A program made the translations under genes and the position numbers. This document shows, in pieces, positions 25,424 through 33,600 of a DNA stretch of 64,000 nt. The stretch is taken from positions 1-64,000 of the IMG/VR virus record IMGVR_UViG_3300032331_000527. One strand, given 5' to 3'. The notes under the pieces were generated by a model. It had not been told where the DNA came from and ran no database searches. It saw nothing but the letters and a program-made list of their open reading frames with translations. The stretch's first letter is position 1. Every line of letters starts with the position of its first letter. This stretch comes from a virus.

Positions 25424-26821
25424 TTACATAAGGTTCGTAACCTTGACGAAGCGGTAGTACACGTTGTAACCCTTGGTGTTTGGAGCACCGATAGCGCCGT
25501 CGGCAGAAGACGTTGCGAATGGGTTTGCAACCATTCCGTAACGAGTCTTGAAACCAATCTTTGGCTGGAACGTATCCTGACCAACTGCACGGACCATCTG
25601 TAGAGGAACGTATGGACAATAGAACAGACCGGCGTCAAAAGATGAAGAACCCTTATAGCCTAGTGTGAAATACTGTGTACCAGCACTTGAAGAGAAGTAT
25701 GGATCGATATAGACCTTGATACGTCCACCTAGAACACCAGCGAAGGTATTGCCAGTATCGTCAACATTCAGATTGTTAGAAAGAGCTGGAGTATAATCCA
25801 GAACGCCAGCCATCTGAAGAGCAGAAGCAACGTCAGATCCGCAGATCATTACGTTACCCTTACCACGACGAGTTGCCTTAGCAATTTGGTTAGCTTCACG
25901 CTCGATCTGGAATAGAAGACCCTTGAACTTTTCTACCATCCAACGACCGTTTGAGTCGACGTCTAGGTTGAACGTACCAGCAGTTGTTACGTTTTCCTGA
26001 GCACCGACAGCAGCAGTGTAGTTGATTGTACGAACAACTTCACGGTTGATTTCCGCAAGGATTTCAGCAGCAAGGATGTTTGAAAGTTCAGTTTCAGCGT
26101 CAAGACCATGAATTGCCTTCAAGTCCTGTGCAAGTTCCATTGTGTATTCTGCCTTGAGAGCGCGGCTAACTGCGGTAACAGCAACCTTCTCAATGCTGAA
26201 TGCCATTTCCTGGAACGCATTCGCAGCACCGTCACCAAGAGCTTCGGCCTTAGTACGAGCCATACCTGTTGAAAGGGTATACGAAGAAGTCGTAGCATTC
26301 GAAACACGATCTGTTGGATCGTTGGAAGCCTGAGCGCGATTAGTTGAAGTGTTACCAACAACGAGACGTGAAGCAGTGTTACCAGCAGCAGAACCAGAGA
26401 ATGTAGTATTAGCTTCGTTGAAGAGAGCTTCTGTACCAGACTGGTTTGTGTAACGTGAACGCATTGCGAAGATAAGTCCTGTTGGACCAGTCATTGGCTG
26501 AACGCCGCAGATATCATACGCAATTAGGTTTGGCATCGAACGACGAACCAATGAAATAAGTACTGGATCGAATGTGTCGATAGAACCGTCACCAGCAGTA
26601 GATGAAGATGCACCCATAGCGTTTGTTGGAGCAGTTTCTCCCAAAAGACCTGGAGCGCGATAACCGCCTGATCCAAATCCATCTTCTCTAGCAGCCTTTT
26701 CCTGATTCTCAAGAAGTTGGGCAACTACAGTACGACGATGTACGTCCTTGATTGGAGCCAAGTCAGGATGTTCCAGAACTGGCTGCCACTTTTTCTGAAC
26801 TTGTTCATTCAGAGATTGCAT
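25424..26821 (-). CDS. gp23: Major capsid protein
   Basis: LIAYDICGVQPMTGPTGLIFAMR, ELAQDLKAIHGLDAE, FQPKIGFKTRYG. Confidence 0.98.
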   Translation of the reverse strand: MQSLNEQVQKKWQPVLEHPDLAPIKDVHRRTVVAQLLENQEKAAREDGFGSGGYRAPGLLGETAPTNAMGASSSTAGDGSIDTFDPVLISLVRRSMPNLIAYDICGVQPMTGPTGLIFAMRSRYTNQSGTEALFNEANTTFSGSAAGNTASRLVVGNTSTNRAQASNDPTDRVSNATTSSYTLSTGMARTKAEALGDGAANAFQEMAFSIEKVAVTAVSRALKAEYTMELAQDLKAIHGLDAETELSNILAAEILAEINREVVRTINYTAAVGAQENVTTAGTFNLDVDSNGRWMVEKFKGLLFQIEREANQIAKATRRGKGNVMICGSDVASALQMAGVLDYTPALSNNLNVDDTGNTFAGVLGGRIKVYIDPYFSSSAGTQYFTLGYKGSSSFDAGLFYCPYVPLQMVRAVGQDTFQPKIGFKTRYGMVANPFATSSADGAIGAPNTKGYNVYYRFVKVTNLM

Positions 26822-26845
26822 TGTGTTTCTCCTAATTAGATTAAA

Positions 26846-27940
26846 TTACTTTTTGATGCCGCGAGTGATCGCGTTCATGTAAGCAGCCATTTCAACTGGA
26901 ACCTGCTTTTCGGCGTCGGTATCGTCGCCCACTGGTTCCTCATCGAGGGTTACGCTTTCGTTCAAAGAGCCGGCCGTGCCCTTTGTTGGGAAGTAACTCT
27001 CACGAAGAGTTCCGATCTTCTTCTTATAAGTCTCAAGACTTTCGAAGTCGACGGACTCAGAAAGTGACTGCAGCTTTGCAAGTTGCGTATCTGTCAGGCC
27101 TTCTGAAACTTCTGCGAACGCAAATGCACGTTCGAATTCTTTTAATTGAGCAGAAAGCTCAACGTTCTTTTCGATTTCCTCATTGATAGCATCTTCTAGA
27201 ACTTCAACCTTATTGGCGAGTTCTTCTGTGACAGCAAGAGCTTCTTCTGGGATATCAATATAGTGTTCTTCGAATAGTCCCTTAAGACCAGACATGAACG
27301 ACTCAACAATTTCAGCCTTAAGACCACGCTCAATAGCGACTGAGTTTGCATCCATCCACTGTTCAACAACATAATCAAGATACGTATCAACACGCTCAAC
27401 GAGTTCTTCGCTGAGAGTTGATGTTTCTTCTGATAAGGTTTCATCGAATTTGGTTTCGAGAGTTTCGATCTGCTCGTTAACCTTTGCTAGAACTGCTGCT
27501 TCAAACACTTCTGTTGCCTTAGCAATGAATTCGTCTGAAACTTCTGCGCCTTCAAAAATAGCCTTGATATCTGCGGACACGTCGAGGTCTTCCTTTGTTA
27601 AACGAACAATCTTAGATTCAGCAACGCGACCCTTTGGATTAACAGATGAACCCTGCATTGGGTTTGTCTTGTCACCCTTGAATGAATCATAAGCTTGAGA
27701 TACTTCGGCTTTCTTCATTCCAGAGAGTGCTTGAATCATAGAGTTAATCATACCAACCTTTGTGTATGGCTTAACGCTAGAACCCTGCATTGGGTTTGTT
27801 CTATCGCCGGAATTCTGTGAACCACCGGGAGGTGACGCATTTGCTCCAGTTGGTTCAGCGACCTCAGCTTCAACGCCAAAGCTCGCTTTCTTTGCTTCAT
27901 GCATGTCGAGCTTATCGACATTTGTGTCCTGAACTGACAT
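26846..27940 (-). CDS. gp22: Prohead core scaffolding protein
   Basis: Acidic coiled coil, YLDYVVEQW, F..GLK.LFEEHYI; position between gp21 and gp23. Confidence 0.93.
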   Translation of the reverse strand: MSVQDTNVDKLDMHEAKKASFGVEAEVAEPTGANASPPGGSQNSGDRTNPMQGSSVKPYTKVGMINSMIQALSGMKKAEVSQAYDSFKGDKTNPMQGSSVNPKGRVAESKIVRLTKEDLDVSADIKAIFEGAEVSDEFIAKATEVFEAAVLAKVNEQIETLETKFDETLSEETSTLSEELVERVDTYLDYVVEQWMDANSVAIERGLKAEIVESFMSGLKGLFEEHYIDIPEEALAVTEELANKVEVLEDAINEEIEKNVELSAQLKEFERAFAFAEVSEGLTDTQLAKLQSLSESVDFESLETYKKKIGTLRESYFPTKGTAGSLNESVTLDEEPVGDDTDAEKQVPVEMAAYMNAITRGIKK

Positions 27941-27982
27941 ATTATTATTCTCCCTCAGGGTTTGTAGAAGATGCTTCTAGTT

Positions 27983-27990
27983 TATTTATA
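27983..27990 (-). promoter_or_regulatory. Late promoter for gp22/gp23
   Basis: TATAAATA. Confidence 0.8.
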
Positions 27991-28001
27991 AAAATGAGTG
28001 A

Positions 28002-28658
28002 TTATACCTTTTTAAGGAATGTTTCAAAAGCACGCATCAAAACTGTTTCGCGTGACTCTCTTGATCTATAACCTTCTTCGATATCCGTTTTGATTTGATC
28101 GACTTCCTTTTCTACAAGAACGCCGTTATCCCAAATCCATTCTTTACCTTCCATAATCCCGTGAGCCATAGCTTGTGGGGCTGAAGGATCAGCAACAATG
28201 TCAGCTGCTGTAGCAAGATAGTAATCGTTCTGGACTTCCATGATTCCATTTCTCTTGACGAGACTACCCATACCTCTTGATGAGAAACCTAGTTTGGCTC
28301 CTTCTTTCATAAGATTCTTTACGATCTGACCATACGGCGTATCCATGATTTTAACCTTGCCGATGAAGTTATCTCCATCCTGACGCAGTTCTTTAATCAT
28401 GTGCGACACACGCTCTAGATTGATAGTTGGACCAGCTGGATGTCCGAGTTCACCATAGGCACGATTCTGCTCTACGAAATCACGATTATAACGAGCAACT
28501 TCCTTAGCAAGTATAGGAGTAGGATAAACTCTACCGTTCTTGTTCTGAAGATTACCCTGCATCAAAATGCCTTCAAGGAAAAATTGCTTTTCTCCTGTTA
28601 CTTCGTTTGCTTCAGTGATGATTTGAAGATTTTCGTGGATTTCACAGATGAGTTTCAT
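28002..28658 (-). CDS. gp21: Prohead protease
   Basis: NKNGRVYP, GELGHP, SSRGMGS, DIVADPSAP. Confidence 0.96.
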   Translation of the reverse strand: MKLICEIHENLQIITEANEVTGEKQFFLEGILMQGNLQNKNGRVYPTPILAKEVARYNRDFVEQNRAYGELGHPAGPTINLERVSHMIKELRQDGDNFIGKVKIMDTPYGQIVKNLMKEGAKLGFSSRGMGSLVKRNGIMEVQNDYYLATAADIVADPSAPQAMAHGIMEGKEWIWDNGVLVEKEVDQIKTDIEEGYRSRESRETVLMRAFETFLKKV

Positions 28659-29080
28659 TAGTATTGCGAGCCCCCTGTGATAGATACTTGCTTATGCAAC
28701 TTAAGAATAAGAGTAGCAGGACCTGTGTTAACTTTGGTGATTGTTACGTTTGATGTTGACATAGCTGTTGTGTTATCAATCAAACGACTATCGGAAAGAT
28801 CGACGTTATCTGTTCCAGAAAGAACAAGAACCATACTTGCACCTCGTCTTATTTCCCATTGTACGTTGTTAGCGCCACCGCAGTTAACTTGCGCTGAGAT
28901 AATGTTCATTGAACGAACAGTTTCGCCACCAGAATTCGCACCCCAAACAGGAATGCCTCCGCCTGTAGTAGTATCAGCGGCGTTTAGTTTGATTCCTCCG
29001 CTATTATGAAATTTAGCAATAATCCAACCACCTTTGGTTTGCTTATTCATAATGCCTTCGTTATTGGAAACGGCTGCCAT
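28658..29080 (-). CDS. Hypothetical structural protein
   Basis: Overlapping stop/start codons within the head operon. Confidence 0.7.
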   Translation of the reverse strand: MAAVSNNEGIMNKQTKGGWIIAKFHNSGGIKLNAADTTTGGGIPVWGANSGGETVRSMNIISAQVNCGGANNVQWEIRRGASMVLVLSGTDNVDLSDSRLIDNTTAMSTSNVTITKVNTGPATLILKLHKQVSITGGSQY

Positions 29081-29661
29081 TAGTTTGCTTCCTCATAGGC
29101 TTTAGCAATGAAGTCAAGAATCTTTTCGAAAGAATCTGCGCTCTCATTGATGGCTGAACGGAACACAGATTGATTCTCTGCATTGAGCTTGTTAAACATA
29201 TCAACGATTGCGTTGTATGTATCTTCATTGACTTCTACGGAATCGCCGTTATCTAGTTCAATGTAGATAGAGTCGTCATCAGATTCGCTGATCATTGGTT
29301 GATTGTTGAAAACGGATTCAACAAAAGCAGGAGCACTAGCAGCAGAAGCTGAAGTCTTTAATACTTTAAGATCACCTTGTCTAGCAGAATCTGCAATTCT
29401 CTTTGGTGTTTGCTGACCATTGAATCCAGACTTATCACTAAGCTTAGAAGTTCCTTGTTGAATAGGCGCGCGATCGCCATTTCCCGATTGATGCTTAGTC
29501 TTTGAGATCTTGTCGTCTGTTTCGAATGAGTCGCCTTTAGTAGGATAATCCGTTACAGTTGGCTTATGCATATCAACGAAATCTTGCTCACCTTGAGCGC
29601 GAGGCTTAAGAGCCGCCGCCTCTGGATTAAGAGCTTCGCGCAGTTGTTTAAACGTCTTCAT
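29080..29661 (-). CDS. Putative prohead core/internal protein
   Basis: MKTFKQLREA start resembles T4 capsid-targeting/gp21-cleaved proteins; head operon context. Confidence 0.65.
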   Translation of the reverse strand: MKTFKQLREALNPEAAALKPRAQGEQDFVDMHKPTVTDYPTKGDSFETDDKISKTKHQSGNGDRAPIQQGTSKLSDKSGFNGQQTPKRIADSARQGDLKVLKTSASAASAPAFVESVFNNQPMISESDDDSIYIELDNGDSVEVNEDTYNAIVDMFNKLNAENQSVFRSAINESADSFEKILDFIAKAYEEAN

Positions 29662-29842
29662 CTGAAACCATCTCCTGCTCTGATTGCTCTTCCGATTGAT
29701 TGAACATATTAGAAGCGATCTCGATTTTCTTCAAACCAAGAGCATCTTCGATTTTAGTTGCAAGCGCAGCACCAATAGCCTCGCGAAATGCGTTAGCGTC
29801 TTTATTAGCGGCAGCTTGAATTGCGGTATGAATTTGTTCCAT
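29648..29842 (-). CDS. Small prohead core protein (gp67/68-like)
   Basis: A..F...L..K...AL...K.EIA..MF pattern; normally follows the portal gene. Confidence 0.65.
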   Translation of the reverse strand: MEQIHTAIQAAANKDANAFREAIGAALATKIEDALGLKKIEIASNMFNQSEEQSEQEMVSDEDV

Positions 29843-29866
29843 ATGATAAACCTTTCATTCGTAATC

Positions 29867-29874
29867 TATTTATA
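29867..29874 (-). promoter_or_regulatory. Late promoter
   Basis: TATAAATA. Confidence 0.8.
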
Positions 29875-29882
29875 AAAAAGCC

Positions 29883-30623
29883 TTAGTATTCAATAATGAT
29901 TAGTCCTGGCGCACCAGTTCCACCTGCGCGAGTGGTAGCGCCAGTGCCATTTCTTGCACCTGATCCGCCAGCACCATATCCAGTTCCAGGCTGTCCTGCC
30001 TGACCAGCAGCAGTTTCTGGCATAACACCACCCTGACCAAAACCTAATGGAGTATTAGCGCCAATACCTGCTACGTTAGTTGTCGCAGCCATAACACCAC
30101 CAGCACCACCTGGATATCCTGTTAAACCCATTACGTTAGCTGTACCAAACAAAGAAGGAGATGCAGTGCCACCAGCACCGCCAGCAAGCACCGAAGTAGC
30201 AAGTGTTCCACCTAATCCACCACCCGCTGAATAAGTCACACTGTTATAGACAATAGAAGATGGTGCTCCTGCTGCGCCAGCAGCACCAGCAGTACCAGCG
30301 GCTGTAGTACCAGCAACGGTATATGTTAATGTGTAAACACTAGATACTACAGTGATATAAGCAACAACAACAGATGAAGATCCACCACCACCTCCCATTT
30401 GACCAGCAGTAGCAGCGGTACCACCACCTGAACCACCAGCACCGATGATAGTAGCTTTAAACTTAGCACCAGCATATTGAAGTGCTGCTGGCAATGTATA
30501 TGTAACAGATGAGCCTGTTGTGAACGCAACAAGGTTCATAAATCCAGAACCAGCACCGGCAATCAGAGCGCCGTCAACTGTTGCTGATCCATATACTCTT
30601 GTTCCGCTAATCAATTTTGCCAT
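29883..30623 (-). CDS. Glycine-rich domain virion protein
   Basis: IIGAGGSGG...GAGGSG...GAPGLIIIEY glycine-rich domain. Confidence 0.8.
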   Translation of the reverse strand: MAKLISGTRVYGSATVDGALIAGAGSGFMNLVAFTTGSSVTYTLPAALQYAGAKFKATIIGAGGSGGGTAATAGQMGGGGGSSSVVVAYITVVSSVYTLTYTVAGTTAAGTAGAAGAAGAPSSIVYNSVTYSAGGGLGGTLATSVLAGGAGGTASPSLFGTANVMGLTGYPGGAGGVMAATTNVAGIGANTPLGFGQGGVMPETAAGQAGQPGTGYGAGGSGARNGTGATTRAGGTGAPGLIIIEY

Positions 30624-30635
30624 ATTAATTCTCCG

Positions 30636-33600
30636 TTATTGTTGACCAGTTGGATTACCAACAGCGGCTGGATAACCTGACACTCTGTCTGCGGTAAGTG
30701 TTGATGGATATGCGCGGCCAGTTCCCCATATGATTCTAACGCATCCAGGTCCACCATTCCCTCCTGGCTGACCATTACCATCTCCGCCTCCGCCTCCGCC
30801 TCCAAATCTCCCACCATGAGGAGGTTGATTTGCGCCATTAGGATATGGTGTGGCAGTATATCCTCTTTCACCTAGTTGAACACCAAATGCAGTTGTTGTT
30901 GCAACACCTCCTGAACCACCACCACCACGACCACAACTAGAACCAGCTCCAGCATATGCTATACCTGCAATAGAAGCAACAGCAACGGAACCAAATGGTG
31001 AAGTTCCGCCACCTCCACCACCAACAGCAAAATATCCTCCAGCTGTTGCGCTACCACCAGCGCCGCCACCAGCACCACCTGTTGCAGATGCAGCACCGGA
31101 ACCTGCAACTAATGTTGTTGGATATGTTCCTGTAAAAGTTCCCCCAACACCACCAACAGCAGTGTAACCACCAGCACCGCCACCACCACCTCCAGCAATA
31201 GTTCCTACGCCAGTTCCGCCGGCACCGCCAGCAAAACCTGTACCAGCGCCTACAGTACCACCAGCGCCGCCAGTTACTGGAGCAACAGGTGACCCTCCTG
31301 GTTGACCACCGTTAGCGATAATTGTTGATGCAAATGAACTTGCAGTACCAGCACTCGTTACGGCACCACCAGCACCACAAGTTATTGTATATGTGGTTCC
31401 AGCAGTTACGGCAATGCTTGCACTGTATGCTAATGCGCCGCCGCCTCCACCACCGCCACCATTAGTTCCTCCACCACCGCCACCGCCAATAGCGACAGCA
31501 GAAACAGTTGTATATCCTTTAGGTGCTGTGAATGTGAACACACCTGGAGTTCCTGTATAAACTAAGTTAGGCCCAGAAACATAATCAGGATAAGCACACC
31601 AACATTGACCACCACCAGGTAATGCAAGAGGTTTTGAAGTATCAGCTACAACAACAGTTGGCGCAGTTGCTAACACAGCACCTGATGTAGAACCAGAACG
31701 CAACTGCAATTGAATATCTTGAACACCTTCTTGCAAAATGTCTTGACCAACTGTTAACGCGAGTGTTCCTGTTCCATTTGTGATAGGAATTGATCCGCTA
31801 TTTTGTACAACAGAAGGATAATCAGGATAGTTGCGATTAACGATTGTGCTTGGTGGATAATAAAGCGCAGTGCCTTTGATGATACGAATGTTAGAAAGAT
31901 ATCCAACCCATCGCGCACCACCTGGATCTTGACCAATATTCAAAGAAGAACCATCGTCATATATTGCTGTCGTATGAGCATATTTTCTAACCATTAATCC
32001 GTTTATATAAAGATAGATAACACCATTTGTTTTAGTGATAGCAAAATGATACCATGTGCTGATAGCAAATGTTCCAGCAGTTTCATCATTAATAGTCCAA
32101 GCAGATCCAGTAGCATTTGCTACTTTTAATGTGAATCTGCTCGCTGTTGTTGTTGATGTGCCAAAATTAACACCGCTAATATTAGATCCGGATCTTTTGT
32201 AAATCAGTCCTTTGTTTATGGTAGTCGCGCTTGTGTACAGATATCCTTCAATCGTGAAATCATCAGTCGCACCAAAAACAAAATTAGAACTGCTAGGAAC
32301 ATAAAGATATTGTGTTGTTCCGTTGAACTGATTACTGTATGTTCCAGCAAATGGAATAATGGTAGTACCTGCTACAACAGTTGCTATGTTTCCTATAGTG
32401 TTTAAACCAGTAGCATCGGTAATAGTTGCAGATTGTGATGTCAATAGTTTCGTGTTTCCAACTATTGACAATGCAGTTTGTTCTGGTAAGAATCCGTGTG
32501 GATAATTCCAAATAATTCTAAGCGCGCCAGCACCACCAGCGCCGCCAGTAGTTGATCCACCACCTCCACCACCGCCTTGTGCACCACCAGCTCCACCAAC
32601 AGTAGCAGATGCGGCACCACCAGTTGCACCACCAGAACCACCAGTTCCAGATTGTCCAATAATAGCACCTGATGAACCAGTAAGATTTACACCACCTACT
32701 CCCAAATTAGAAACACCAACAAGTAGCACACCACCGCCACCACCACCGTTTCCAGTAGATGTATTGACTGCGGTTCCTACGCTATCTAAAACACCCGCAC
32801 CGCCTCCACTTGATCCGCCACCGCCACCAGAAGCGGAATTTTTTCCTAATTGCAACAAAAGACTTCCAGTACCACCACCAGTAGAACCAAATGCTAGACC
32901 ACCTTCGCCACCATTAGCAGTAAAACCTCCTGCACCTCCTCCACCACCTTGTGCGGCTGGAGATGCTGCACCGCCGCCACCATTACCACCAGAGAATCCA
33001 ACGAACCCAGAAAATTTAGGAAGAGAGGCAATACCACTTGATGCTGTTCCACCAGGCCCGGCACTTTGACCACCTCCAGCGTAACAAAGATAGCTATAGC
33101 CGACAAGATTATCTGTAAAATAACTATCACCACCATTAACACCGGCTGCTCCACCTATTCCTACTACGACAGGATAAACTGTTCCTGGAACAACTGCGTA
33201 ATCAGTATTATAGCCTAATGCACCGCCTCCACCGCCTTGAGCACCAGCGCCAGATCCGCCGCCGCCGCCTCCACCAACAGCAGCAATGCTTATGCGATAT
33301 ACGCCATCAGGACATGTCCAGTTAGCAGCACCAGTTGTCATGGTACCTAACCCAGTACCTGTCACTGTTGTAGGATATACACCCTGAGCGAACCAATCAG
33401 AACCAACTGTTATTGTTAGATTGTTTGTTGTAACAGTTAGACCTAAGCTTGCTCCGCTAATCGTTATCGTATCACCAATCTGATAGCCAGATCCAGGAGA
33501 TGTCGGTATTACGGTAAGAACACCATGTGTAGCCATAGTGGTAGTCGCATTGTTTTTTCTAATGCTGAATACTGCACCTGTTCCGGAACCACTTGTTGAT

